From IMG/VR virus record IMGVR_UViG_3300048694_001042, positions 1 to 64,000 of that record: DNA of 64,000 nucleotides. One strand, written 5' to 3'. A program made the translations under genes and the position numbers. This stretch comes from a virus. Below, piece by piece: positions 1 through 9,226 of the stretch. How positions within the stretch are numbered: position 1 is the first letter of the stretch; every line of letters begins with the position of its first letter. The notes under the pieces are model-generated. The model was not told where the DNA came from and did no database searches. It saw only the letters and a list, made by a program, of their open reading frames with translations.

Positions 1-1
1 T

Positions 2-1570
2 GATTTGGTAGGCGACGATCAACTGTTTGACCTTATTGGCGCTGCGGCCGAAGCTGACCCCAACGTAAACATTTGGGACGTACCTGAAGTAGTGGATCGA
101 CTGCAAGAGTTGGGTGTAGAAGTACCTGTAAATCAAGAAGCCGACGAGCAAACTCCGCAAGCAGTGTCCGAAAGTCACATGAGTGAAGTTGATTCAATCA
201 TTCAAGACCTTATTTCCGGCGAAGCTGACGCTTACAACTTGCTGACCAGCCCGACCACTCCCGAAGAACAATATGTGTCCAATATTCTCCGCAAGGAATA
301 CGAAGATGTGTCCATTGATCACGGACTGCATCCGGACGATGACTTTGAAGAAATCATAGATCGCGTGCTTGACCGTTTGGCACAAGACTATGGACACAAT
401 GTAACCGAAGCCGACAGCCCATATTTTGCCGAAACCACAGTGGCCGGTTCAGTTGCTCCTGTGGCACATGAAATGGCAGAAGAAAGTGAAAAGAATCCTT
501 TTACTAATGCGTTAGGTCATGCGTTATGGCGTGACCTAAGCAAAGAAAAGAAAGCAAGCCCTCAACAAGTTCAGCGCAACAAAGAGCGTTGGGCAAAGCG
601 TCAGGCAGAGCGTGAGCAAGGTGTGGCGGAAGAGGCCGAAAATAAAGATATGACCGGCCAAACTTGCGAAAAGTGTAAGCGCGGTAAGTATCAAGAAACC
701 AGCATCCACGATGATATGGATGGTGTATTACATTGTACCAAGTGCGGCACCAAGGTTGATCGTTGGAGAGCATACAAAGAACCGAGCGCCCGCGCCAGAA
801 GTCGTCAAGCAACAAAAGATTTTAATCGTAGTAAAAGTCAAGGTATGGCAGAAGGCTCAACTGATACTGTGTATCCCAACGCCGAAGTAATCAAATCCAA
901 AAACGGCAAGCCAATTGGTGAGATATACAAAGATGAGTATGGTTGGGGCTGCTTCCATTATGGTGCTGACCGTGGATACGACTTGATCGACAGCAGAAAA
1001 GATGCCATTGACGCACTGCGAGACTTGCATCAAGAAGCAGGTCACAAAGGCCCGGACTATACAATTAAAGGTGTGGCGGAAGGCTACGATGACGAAGAAC
1101 ACCCAATCCGCGATGATGGCAACGAAGGTCGTCCGGGCAAACAATACCAGTGCCCGCGTTGTCATTCCACCGACATAAAAACATACAGTGATGGCGAGAA
1201 GGAATGTCACCAGTGCCATAAAACCTGGGATGTTAAAGGTGTGGCGGAAACAACAAGAGGTGGGTTTGGTGGCTCAGCCGGTCAAGCACATCACGAAATT
1301 GAATGGCTCAAGAACAAGATTGAAACACTGAAACCATTGTTGGCCAAGAAACCAAGTATTGCTCGTCAAATAAAAGATTTGGAAAGACAAATCCGTGAGA
1401 GAGAACTGGCTATAGCATATCAGAAGGAAGGCATGGCAGAAGGCGAGCAACAGGCTTTTGTGAATCCGCACCACAATGATCCAATCAACGCCAACAGCGC
1501 CATTACCGGTAGCTACTACGAAGGTGAAGATCCTCTGGTAAGATTAAAATCACTGGCTTTGTCTAAATGA
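2..1570 (+). CDS. 5'-truncated modular protein with repeated G(V/M)AE junctions and two Zn-ribbon modules; probable internal head polyprotein
   Basis: Frame is open to the window start; five G(V/M)AE motifs; CEKC..HCTKC and CPRC..CHQC modules; acidic composition. Confidence 0.6.
   Translation, partial: DLVGDDQLFDLIGAAAEADPNVNIWDVPEVVDRLQELGVEVPVNQEADEQTPQAVSESHMSEVDSIIQDLISGEADAYNLLTSPTTPEEQYVSNILRKEYEDVSIDHGLHPDDDFEEIIDRVLDRLAQDYGHNVTEADSPYFAETTVAGSVAPVAHEMAEESEKNPFTNALGHALWRDLSKEKKASPQQVQRNKERWAKRQAEREQGVAEEAENKDMTGQTCEKCKRGKYQETSIHDDMDGVLHCTKCGTKVDRWRAYKEPSARARSRQATKDFNRSKSQGMAEGSTDTVYPNAEVIKSKNGKPIGEIYKDEYGWGCFHYGADRGYDLIDSRKDAIDALRDLHQEAGHKGPDYTIKGVAEGYDDEEHPIRDDGNEGRPGKQYQCPRCHSTDIKTYSDGEKECHQCHKTWDVKGVAETTRGGFGGSAGQAHHEIEWLKNKIETLKPLLAKKPSIARQIKDLERQIRERELAIAYQKEGMAEGEQQAFVNPHHNDPINANSAITGSYYEGEDPLVRLKSLALSK
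618..1441 (+). repeat. Dispersed in-frame 14-bp repeat AAGGYRTGGCRGAA (5 copies)
   Basis: AAGGTGTGGCGGAA at 618, 1068 and 1236; AAGGTATGGCAGAA at 840; AAGGCATGGCAGAA at 1428. Confidence 0.9.
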
Positions 1571-1610
1571 TATAAATAACATTGACACAGACAGCAAAGG
1601 CGCATATACT
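1571..1610 (+). promoter_or_regulatory. T4-type late promoter plus sigma70 promoter upstream of ssb
   Basis: TATAAATA 1571-1578; TTGACA 1582-1587, 17-nt spacer, TATACT 1605-1610. Confidence 0.7.
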
Positions 1611-1634
1611 AAGTCTTGTGTATGCGCTTTTTTG
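1596..1634 (+). terminator. Intrinsic terminator-like hairpin overlapping the ssb promoter
   Basis: AAAGGCGCATATAC / GTGTATGCGCTTTT stem followed by a T run. Confidence 0.55.
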
Positions 1635-1710
1635 TTCTGTATCACAGGCAACTAAGATCTAATTATTAGATAGGCAACATAACATAGGCAACTTTGAAAG
1701 GAAATATACT

Positions 1711-2715
1711 ATGGCATCATTAGCAGAAATTCGCGCACGTTTACAGGCAGCAGAAAACAAACAAGGTGGGCAATCCACTGGCGGAGACAACTCAATTTAT
1801 CCGCACTGGAATATGGAAGAAGGCCAATCGGCTACACTACGCTTCCTACCCGATGGTAACTCCAAAAACACTTTCTTCTGGATGGAACGAGCAATGATTC
1901 GTTTGCCTTTCGCTGGTATCAAAGGCGAAATGGATTCGAAACAAGTTATGGTTCAAGTACCTTGTGTTGAGATGTGGGGCGAAGCTTGTCCAATCTTGGC
2001 AGAAGTTCGTACTTGGTTCAAGGACAAGAGCCTTGAAGAAATGGGTCGCAAATACTGGAAAAAGCGCAGTTACATTTTCCAAGGCTTTGTGCGTGAAAAC
2101 CCCTTGAGCGAAGACAAGACTCCTGAGAACCCAATTCGCCGATTCATCATCGGTCCTCAGATCTTCACAACCATCAAAGGCGCCTTGATGGACCCCGAGT
2201 TGGAAGAATTGCCAACTGACTACCTGCGTGGCCTGGACTTCCGTATCAGCAAAGGTTCAAAAGGTGGATTTGCTGACTACAACGGCAGCAAGTGGGCACG
2301 TAAAGAAAGCGCTCTCACTGAAGAAGAGCAAGCAGCCATTGAAAAGCATGGCTTGTTTGACTTGAGCACATTCCTGCCCAAGAAGCCCGGCGAAGTTGAG
2401 CTCAAGGTTATCAAAGAGATGTTTGAAGCATCTGTTGATGGTCAGCCATACGACACCGAGCGTTGGGGTCAATACTTCCGTCCTGCTGGTGTTCAAGCAC
2501 CTGGCGGCGCTGCATCCAACAACGACGAGGACACACCTGCTCCTGCAGCCAAGGCAGCACCTGCTCCTGCAGCCAAGCCTGCTGCGGTTGACGAGGATCC
2601 TCCTTTTGACACCGATGACGCTCCAGCAGCCAGCGCACCTGTACAGGCCGCAAAGCCTGCAGGCAATGCCCAAGACATCTTGGCAATGATTCGCGCTCGT
2701 CAAAACAAGCAGTAA
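1711..2715 (+). CDS. ssb: Single-stranded DNA-binding protein, T4 gp32-like
   Basis: LRFLPD, CPIL..VR.WFK, YWKKRSY and ADY..SKW motifs; Ala/Pro/acidic tail; upstream of uvsX. Confidence 0.85.
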   Translation: MASLAEIRARLQAAENKQGGQSTGGDNSIYPHWNMEEGQSATLRFLPDGNSKNTFFWMERAMIRLPFAGIKGEMDSKQVMVQVPCVEMWGEACPILAEVRTWFKDKSLEEMGRKYWKKRSYIFQGFVRENPLSEDKTPENPIRRFIIGPQIFTTIKGALMDPELEELPTDYLRGLDFRISKGSKGGFADYNGSKWARKESALTEEEQAAIEKHGLFDLSTFLPKKPGEVELKVIKEMFEASVDGQPYDTERWGQYFRPAGVQAPGGAASNNDEDTPAPAAKAAPAPAAKPAAVDEDPPFDTDDAPAASAPVQAAKPAGNAQDILAMIRARQNKQ

Positions 2716-2772
2716 TAACTACTGAACACACGCAAGGGGAAACCCTTGCGTTCCATTCTCTATAGGTGATAC

Positions 2773-3834
2773 ATGGCAAAACCATTTGATGTAAGTAAGT
2801 TCCGCAAGGAAATTACAAAAAGTATTGACGGCCTTTCTATTGGCTTCAACGACCCAACTGATTGGGTCTCCACAGGCAACTATGCCTTGAACTATCTCAT
2901 TAGTGGTGACTTCAACCGCGGCATTCCGCTGGGCAAAGTCACTGTGTTTGCAGGTGAATCTGGCGCAGGCAAAAGTTATATCTGCTCTGGTAACATTATC
3001 AAGAACGCACAAGAACAAGGTATCTTTGTTGTGCTGATTGACAGTGAAAATGCTTTGGACGAAGACTGGCTCAAAGCACTTGGTGTTGACACCAACGAAA
3101 ACAAACTTCTCAAATTATCAATGGCCATGATCGATGACGTAGCCAAAACAATCTCTACGTTCATGGCTGATTACAAAGGCTTGCCCGACGGAGAACGGCC
3201 CAAAGTTCTTTTTGTTATCGACTCCCTCGGAATGTTGCTGACCCCTACCGACATCAACCAGTTTGACAGCGGTGACCTGAAAGGTGACCTTGGGCGTAAA
3301 CCTAAAGCTCTTACCGCACTAGTCCGCAACTGTGTTAATATGTTTGGTAGTTATAACGTGGGTTTGGTTTGTACCAACCACACTTATGCCAGCCAAGACA
3401 TGTTTGATCCTGACGATAAGATTAGCGGCGGGCAAGGTTTTATCTACGCAAGCTCAATTGTTGTTGCTATGAAGAAACTCAAACTCAAAGAGGACGAGGA
3501 CGGCAACAAAGTAACTGACGTTATGGGTATTCGTAGTGCTTGCAAGGTTATGAAAACTCGCTATGCCAAACCCTTTGAAGGTGTGCAGGTGAAAATTCCT
3601 TATGAGACAGGTATGAATCCTTACTCAGGTCTTGTGGACTTGGCTGAAAAGAAAGGCTTCCTCAAGAAAGACGGTAACCGGTTGGCTTATACCACATTAG
3701 ACGGTGAGATCATCAAGCATTTCCGCAAAGCTTGGGAATCAAACGAAGGCGGATGCCTTGATGTGGTTATGGCAGAATTCGGAAAACGCAAAGAAGAGGT
3801 AAGTATTGTCGATGACAATCAGGAGGAAGCGTAA
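2773..3834 (+). CDS. uvsX: RecA/UvsX recombinase
   Basis: Walker A GESGAGKS; IDSE, VIDSLG, TNHTY and SGG motifs. Confidence 0.93.
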   Translation: MAKPFDVSKFRKEITKSIDGLSIGFNDPTDWVSTGNYALNYLISGDFNRGIPLGKVTVFAGESGAGKSYICSGNIIKNAQEQGIFVVLIDSENALDEDWLKALGVDTNENKLLKLSMAMIDDVAKTISTFMADYKGLPDGERPKVLFVIDSLGMLLTPTDINQFDSGDLKGDLGRKPKALTALVRNCVNMFGSYNVGLVCTNHTYASQDMFDPDDKISGGQGFIYASSIVVAMKKLKLKEDEDGNKVTDVMGIRSACKVMKTRYAKPFEGVQVKIPYETGMNPYSGLVDLAEKKGFLKKDGNRLAYTTLDGEIIKHFRKAWESNEGGCLDVVMAEFGKRKEEVSIVDDNQEEA

Positions 3835-4098
3835 ATGCATTCAGAAGTAGCAAGCGAAATTTGGAGTGAACTCAAGCGTTATATCAACACAGTAGATCGC
3901 ACTGAAGCCGCAGAAGTCCTTATCTCTACACTAGTTAACTATGACGAGGATGTTGAGGATATCCGGGACGCATTCAAAGGCGATTCGGATGTTAAAAAGG
4001 CCCTTGTGGCCTATCTCGACAACGACCAAGATCATGAGGACGAAGAAGAGGAAGAAGAAGACTACGACGAAGATTACAACGAAGACTGGGAAGATTAA
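3835..4098 (+). CDS. Hypothetical acidic protein
   Basis: ORF coupled between uvsX and uvsY; Asp/Glu-rich tail. Confidence 0.7.
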   Translation: MHSEVASEIWSELKRYINTVDRTEAAEVLISTLVNYDEDVEDIRDAFKGDSDVKKALVAYLDNDQDHEDEEEEEEDYDEDYNEDWED

Positions 4099-4550
4099 TG
4101 TGGTATAGTCGTGTTGTTGCTGATCTTGGAAGCATTCCAGATTTTATAGCACACTACGAACGCGAACTTGTTGATGCCAAAAAAGATTGTAAAATCGGTG
4201 GCATCGTAGAAAAGAATATCACTGCCCTACCAGGTATAACTGAGCACCGTTTTAATCAACTACAAGAGATTGAAGCGGTGCTTAATTATCTCAATATTCA
4301 GCTTCGCAAAATTCGTAGAAAGCATTTCCAAAAGTACTTGGAAGCCTATGCTCGTGCCTTGACCTCACGTGATGCTGAAAAGTACGTGGATGGCGAAGAC
4401 GAAGTGATTGACTTTGAAACCATCATCAACGAAGTTGCATTATTGCGTAACAAGTGGTTGGGTGTAATGAAAGGCCTAGACACCAAGCAGTGGCAAATGG
4501 GTCACGTGGTGCGATTAAGAACTGCAGGCATGGAAGACATTCAGGTGTAA
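4098..4550 (+). CDS. uvsY: Recombination mediator, UvsY-like
   Basis: Helical 150-aa protein; ..YVDGEDEV..KGLDTKQWQ pattern; next to uvsX. Confidence 0.7.
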   Translation: MWYSRVVADLGSIPDFIAHYERELVDAKKDCKIGGIVEKNITALPGITEHRFNQLQEIEAVLNYLNIQLRKIRRKHFQKYLEAYARALTSRDAEKYVDGEDEVIDFETIINEVALLRNKWLGVMKGLDTKQWQMGHVVRLRTAGMEDIQV

Positions 4551-4557
4551 ATACCTG

Positions 4558-5316
4558 ATGAAAATTGTACTTGTTACTGGTGGATTTGATCCGCTGCACT
4601 CCGGTCACCTTGCTTATTTTGAAGCTGCTCGACAGTTGGGTGATCAACTTATTGTTGGTGTAAATTCTGATGAATGGCTTGTTCGTAAAAAGGGCAGGCC
4701 ATTCATGCCTATTACAGAACGAACTAAGCTCATACAATCGTTAAAAGTAGTGGACAATGTGATATTGTTCAATGACAATGATGGGTCTAGCATTGAAGCC
4801 ATTAAAAATGTCAAAATGTTATACCCAGCTGCTGAGATTGTTTTTGCCAATGGCGGAGACCGTACAAAGGAAAACATTCCCGAAATGGTGTTTGACGATG
4901 TGGAGTTTGTGTTTGGTGTAGGTGGCGAAGATAAAAAGAACAGTTCTAGTTGGATCCTCGAAGATTGGAAAAAGCCCAAGACAGACCGTGCCTGGGGCTA
5001 CTATCGGGTGTTGCACGAGGTAGGCACACATGTCAAACTCAAAGAACTCACCGTAAATCCCAAAACATGCTTGAGCATGCAACGCCATGAACGTCGTGCA
5101 GAGTTTTGGTTTGTGGCCGAAGGCGAAGCCACAGTGTACACAGTGGACCCTTACAGCACAGATTATGACCTAATGGCAAGTCCAGCCAGGCATCAGTCTA
5201 CCTGGATACGACTCAACGAATGGCATCAACTGTGCAACGAAACTGATGAACCACTCAAACTGATCGAAATACAGTATGGCGAAGATTGTGTGGAAGAGGA
5301 CATTGAACGAAAATGA
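4558..5316 (+). CDS. Cytidylyltransferase (HIGH family) fused to a mannose-6-phosphate isomerase-type cupin
   Basis: TGGFDPLHSGH, GVNSDEWL.RKKG, NGGDR; C-terminal WGYY..LSMQRH.RRAEFW..EIQYG..EEDIER cupin. Confidence 0.85.
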   Translation: MKIVLVTGGFDPLHSGHLAYFEAARQLGDQLIVGVNSDEWLVRKKGRPFMPITERTKLIQSLKVVDNVILFNDNDGSSIEAIKNVKMLYPAAEIVFANGGDRTKENIPEMVFDDVEFVFGVGGEDKKNSSSWILEDWKKPKTDRAWGYYRVLHEVGTHVKLKELTVNPKTCLSMQRHERRAEFWFVAEGEATVYTVDPYSTDYDLMASPARHQSTWIRLNEWHQLCNETDEPLKLIEIQYGEDCVEEDIERK

Positions 5317-5999
5317 AGCCCATTCCAATTTTTATTGGATATGATCCTCGAGAAGCCATAGCATACCATACATGTGTTAATTCAATTGTACGACATGCAT
5401 CAAAACCAGTGGCCATTGTGCCCTTGGCTTTGAACCTGTTTGAAGACTACACAGAAACGCACACAGACGGATCAAATCAATTTATCTACTCGCGATTCCT
5501 AGTGCCGCACTTGATGGATTACACAGGTCATGCTATTTTTGTTGATGGCGACATGATTGTTCGTAGTGATATTGTTGAATTGTGGAACTTGCAAGATCCT
5601 AACAAGGATGTGCAAGTAGTCAAGCACGACTATAAAACTCGCATGCCCGTGAAATACCTAGGAGCAAAAAATGAAGACTATCCTCGAAAAAATTGGTCTA
5701 GTGTTATTCTGTGGAATTGTTCTAGCTTTTCTAACAGGAAACTTACCCCCGAGTTCGTCCAGCAATCCACCGGCAGTGAGCTCCACCGCTTCACGTGGAT
5801 AAAAGACAATTGCATTGGAGAACTGCCCCGAGAATGGAACTGGTTGCCCGATGAATACGGGCCAAATCCTGACGCCCGGTTACTGCATTACACACTTGGC
5901 GCACCCTGCTTCCATGAGTTTGCTACCACGCCACAGGGAGATGAATGGCACAGAGAACGCATACTCACTGAATACTGTGAACAAAAGGGTATAAATTGA
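5313..5999 (+). CDS. Glycosyltransferase, GT-A fold (GT8-like)
   Basis: IFIGYDPRE, YSRFLVP, DGD, YPRKNWSS and HYTLGAP motifs. Confidence 0.8.
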   Translation: MKPIPIFIGYDPREAIAYHTCVNSIVRHASKPVAIVPLALNLFEDYTETHTDGSNQFIYSRFLVPHLMDYTGHAIFVDGDMIVRSDIVELWNLQDPNKDVQVVKHDYKTRMPVKYLGAKNEDYPRKNWSSVILWNCSSFSNRKLTPEFVQQSTGSELHRFTWIKDNCIGELPREWNWLPDEYGPNPDARLLHYTLGAPCFHEFATTPQGDEWHRERILTEYCEQKGIN

Positions 6000-6733
6000 A
6001 AGCCTTCATTATTCACTTGCCCAACCAAGAGTTTAGTAATGCACATGCCACTACTATGAGGAATGAGTTGCGTGAGTTTGGATTTGATACAGAATTATTT
6101 GAAGGAACTCCGGGCGAACAAGCAGAAATTGAATATCAAGAAACTGAAAGAAAACTCTGGCCTTACAGTATCAAAGGCGTTCAGTTAACACAGCAAGAAG
6201 TTGAACAAAGCATAGGACACTTGTTGCCAGCAGATTATTTTGTAGAACATGATGTAAAAATCGCACGCAAAATAAAGTGGAGCGACGATTGGATTGGGAA
6301 AGTATCTCGACCTGGAGTCAAAGGTTGCTTTGACAGTCATTACAGATTGTGGAGACGCTGCATTGACCTCGACGAACCCATTGCAATATTCGAAGACGAT
6401 GTGAAATTTTTTCGAGGATATAAACCTGTTGACTTTGACGATGTGTTAATTGTCAGCATAGGAAAAATGGCCTGGAAAGAAGAACCATACAAAACATATT
6501 TGGAAACACCTGCATCAACTCCCAGACCCATGGCATGGAGAAATTACAGCATGCCCGGTACTTCGGGCTACATCATAATGCCGCATGCATGTCGTGCATT
6601 GGTCAAGACCTATAGAGATTGGTATTTGCCAGCAGACAATGCTATCAATCGAGCACTAGTAAATATTCAAATACACAATTATCTCATGGGCAGGCACATG
6701 CACGAGAGCGAAGGGAACGTAAGCGCAATATGA
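5996..6733 (+). CDS. Glycosyltransferase family 25-like
   Basis: GCFDSHYRLW, IFEDD, GTSGYII and PAD motifs; TTG start. Confidence 0.75.
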   Translation: MKAFIIHLPNQEFSNAHATTMRNELREFGFDTELFEGTPGEQAEIEYQETERKLWPYSIKGVQLTQQEVEQSIGHLLPADYFVEHDVKIARKIKWSDDWIGKVSRPGVKGCFDSHYRLWRRCIDLDEPIAIFEDDVKFFRGYKPVDFDDVLIVSIGKMAWKEEPYKTYLETPASTPRPMAWRNYSMPGTSGYIIMPHACRALVKTYRDWYLPADNAINRALVNIQIHNYLMGRHMHESEGNVSAI

Positions 6734-7644
6734 AAGTAGGAATTTTTTACAGCTCCATAAGCAATCCTGCAAAGTTTCCAAACAAAACCATGTTGATGGA
6801 TAATTTTGCCACTGGAGTTCGTCAACACAGCGATGAAGTCATTGAATACCGACAACAAGGACCCATACAGCAAGACTTGGATGTGGGTTTTGTTTTGGGC
6901 TACACACTGGAGCAAAATCACAGACGCAAAATCATTGACAGTCTGGTAGCACAAAAAGCCAGACCAGTTTTTGTTGACAGCAATATTTTGCACTATGCTA
7001 GAAAAGAGCATGAATGGCACAGATACAGTTTGGATACTGTGTACCCTGATTCGGGCACTTACTTTTTCTCTGATACAGTTGAACCCAAGTGGGCAACATA
7101 CAGCAAGTGGCATGGTGTTGATGCCAAGCCCTGGAGAAGCACAGGCGATCACATATTGTTATTGTGCCAGCGCCCACATGGTTGGAACATGTTTGGCAAC
7201 AGCCAAGACACTTGGCTAGATGAAACAATTGGTAGATTAAAACGACACACGGCCCGACCACTAAGAGTGCGTATGCATCCCGGAGACGGCACCCGAGAGC
7301 AACAGATTACCAGACTAAAACAGCGTTATGGGTCAAGTGTTGAAATCAGTCATGCCGAAAACATCCGAGAAGACTTGATCGATTGCTGGGCCGCAGTGGG
7401 CTACAATTCCACACCAAATGTGGTTGCTGCCATTGAAGGCATACCTGTGTATGTGCATGACCCTGTGCATAGTTGGGCAGCAGGCACAGCGTTTACCAGC
7501 TTGGATGAGATTGAAAATCCCACCATGCCCGATCGAACCGAGTGGCTTGAACGCATTGCCAACATACACTGGAGCAATCAAGAAGTAGTCGGTGGCAAAC
7601 TATGGGCGGCTATTCGAAACTATATTTTGACTGCTCGTCAATAA
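6730..7644 (+). CDS. Capsule-polysaccharide biosynthesis-like (GT-B type) protein
   Basis: RMHP and NSTPNVVAAIEGIPV motifs; paralog of 8375-9226; ATG at 6730 overlaps the upstream stop. Confidence 0.6.
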   Translation: MKVGIFYSSISNPAKFPNKTMLMDNFATGVRQHSDEVIEYRQQGPIQQDLDVGFVLGYTLEQNHRRKIIDSLVAQKARPVFVDSNILHYARKEHEWHRYSLDTVYPDSGTYFFSDTVEPKWATYSKWHGVDAKPWRSTGDHILLLCQRPHGWNMFGNSQDTWLDETIGRLKRHTARPLRVRMHPGDGTREQQITRLKQRYGSSVEISHAENIREDLIDCWAAVGYNSTPNVVAAIEGIPVYVHDPVHSWAAGTAFTSLDEIENPTMPDRTEWLERIANIHWSNQEVVGGKLWAAIRNYILTARQ

Positions 7645-8344
7645 AACTTGGCAAGTCTTTTCTAGTGCCTTTGGCAGTCCAAATCACACTGTCAGGCTGC
7701 ATGTGCCAGTCAATTAGTGTGCTGGGCAACTGTGCCCATTTGTATTTGGGAACAATATTGGCCAGCACATCTTGATCCAATCCCCACCACAAGTCATCCC
7801 GATCCATGTGCTGTTTTAATACAGTGGCATACTCTCGGAGAAATGGCTTGGCGGCAGCATGCAAATACAGACCGCCTGCTAGAAATCTAGCACGCCGACC
7901 TGTTATGTGATGTATGTAAAAATCATTGGCATCGGGCAACACAGGAATTTCTTTTCGTACAACAGCATCTACGTCAATGGCCAAGGTAGGTTGGTCAAAT
8001 ATCTCTGCCAGTTTTACAAAACGTTGGCAAGCACAGTAGGTACTCATCATGCGCTGTTCTAACTGAGTCTGGCCGCCCTTACGCATGGCTTCGTTGATGC
8101 TGTGCAATTTTGCTGGATCACAATCAGCACGCCGCCATTGGTCGGCAGCAGTGCGAAATTGATCTAGTGTAATATGTTCGCAAGTATACGCAACATTGTG
8201 TTGGTCACACCACTGGAGATCTTGTGGTTCGGGGTTATAAATGTGTGCTTTTATTCCAGCAGAAGAATTAGCCTGTACACTGCGAATCAACGCTTTGCCA
8301 AACTGTTGAAAGTAGTCGGCACTGGCAGCAAAATAAACAATCAT
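7610..8344 (-). CDS. Putative glycosyltransferase/nucleotide-sugar transferase
   Basis: IDVD and WGLDQ motifs, WTAKG; ATG at 8344 lies just after a minus-strand TAAATA. Confidence 0.6.
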   Translation of the reverse strand: MIVYFAASADYFQQFGKALIRSVQANSSAGIKAHIYNPEPQDLQWCDQHNVAYTCEHITLDQFRTAADQWRRADCDPAKLHSINEAMRKGGQTQLEQRMMSTYCACQRFVKLAEIFDQPTLAIDVDAVVRKEIPVLPDANDFYIHHITGRRARFLAGGLYLHAAAKPFLREYATVLKQHMDRDDLWWGLDQDVLANIVPKYKWAQLPSTLIDWHMQPDSVIWTAKGTRKDLPSFIDEQSKYSFE

Positions 8345-8351
8345 GGTGGGA

Positions 8352-8368
8352 TATTTACACATTAAATA
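8352..8368. promoter_or_regulatory. Back-to-back divergent late-type promoters
   Basis: TAAATA on minus (8352-8357) and plus (8363-8368) between starts at 8344 and 8375. Confidence 0.55.
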
Positions 8369-8374
8369 TCATTG

Positions 8375-9226
8375 ATGAAAATTGCTTACTTTCCCGCCGC
8401 TGTTGCTCGTAACGGGCATTCTGTGCTAGACGCTGTGTTAGACAGTGCTCGAATCGGCGGCATGACCTTGTGCGAAAACAGCCTGGACGCTGATGCGGCA
8501 GTGATTTGGTCAGTGCTTTGGAATGGACGCATGGCACCAAATCGAGCGGTATACGAACACTATAGAAAACAAAACAAACCAGTTATTGTGCTGGATGTTG
8601 GCGCATTACGCAGAGAAGTCACATGGAAACTGGCGGTAAACCATATCACTGCACAAGGTTACTACGGTCACCAGATCAATCTAGATGAAGACAGGCCCAA
8701 AAAGCTAGGTATTACCTTGGAAGGTGCCATTGGCACAGACCCTAGCATACTGATTGCTTGCCAACACCGTGCCAGTTTGGCAGTAGAAGGCTTGGAAAGC
8801 CTAGAGAGTTGGGTAGGTCAACAGGTGCAACAAATACGACTTCACTGTGATAGAAAAATCACAGTGAGACCACATCCTCGCAGTGCGTTAGATATATCAA
8901 AATTGCCGTCTGATATTACCATACAATCTCCCAGGCGAGTGCCCGATACATACGATGCGTTTAATCTAGAATTTAGATATCATGCTGTGGTCAACTACAA
9001 TTCTGGACCGGGCATACAAGCAGCCATAGCGGGTGTGCGTCCCGTGGTTGACTCAACCAGCCTAGCATACCCAGTGGCAGTGAGCTATGCTGACATTGAG
9101 CAACCGTATTACACTGACCGACATCAGTGGCTGACAGAAATATGTCACACCGAATACACCTTGGATGAACTGAGAAGGGGCACATGGATTCGAAGAATCG
9201 AACCAGCGTTGACTGTGCCTGCTTGA
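8375..9226 (+). CDS. Capsule-polysaccharide biosynthesis-like (GT-B type) protein
   Basis: RPHPR and NYNSGPGIQAAIAGV motifs; paralog of 6730-7644. Confidence 0.6.
   Translation: MKIAYFPAAVARNGHSVLDAVLDSARIGGMTLCENSLDADAAVIWSVLWNGRMAPNRAVYEHYRKQNKPVIVLDVGALRREVTWKLAVNHITAQGYYGHQINLDEDRPKKLGITLEGAIGTDPSILIACQHRASLAVEGLESLESWVGQQVQQIRLHCDRKITVRPHPRSALDISKLPSDITIQSPRRVPDTYDAFNLEFRYHAVVNYNSGPGIQAAIAGVRPVVDSTSLAYPVAVSYADIEQPYYTDRHQWLTEICHTEYTLDELRRGTWIRRIEPALTVPA

Noticed and set aside
2730-2751. Perfect ACGCAAGGG-GAAA-CCCTTGCGT hairpin between ssb and uvsX as a terminator or ncRNA
   Set aside because: No T tract and too short; most simply an intercistronic stability or processing hairpin.
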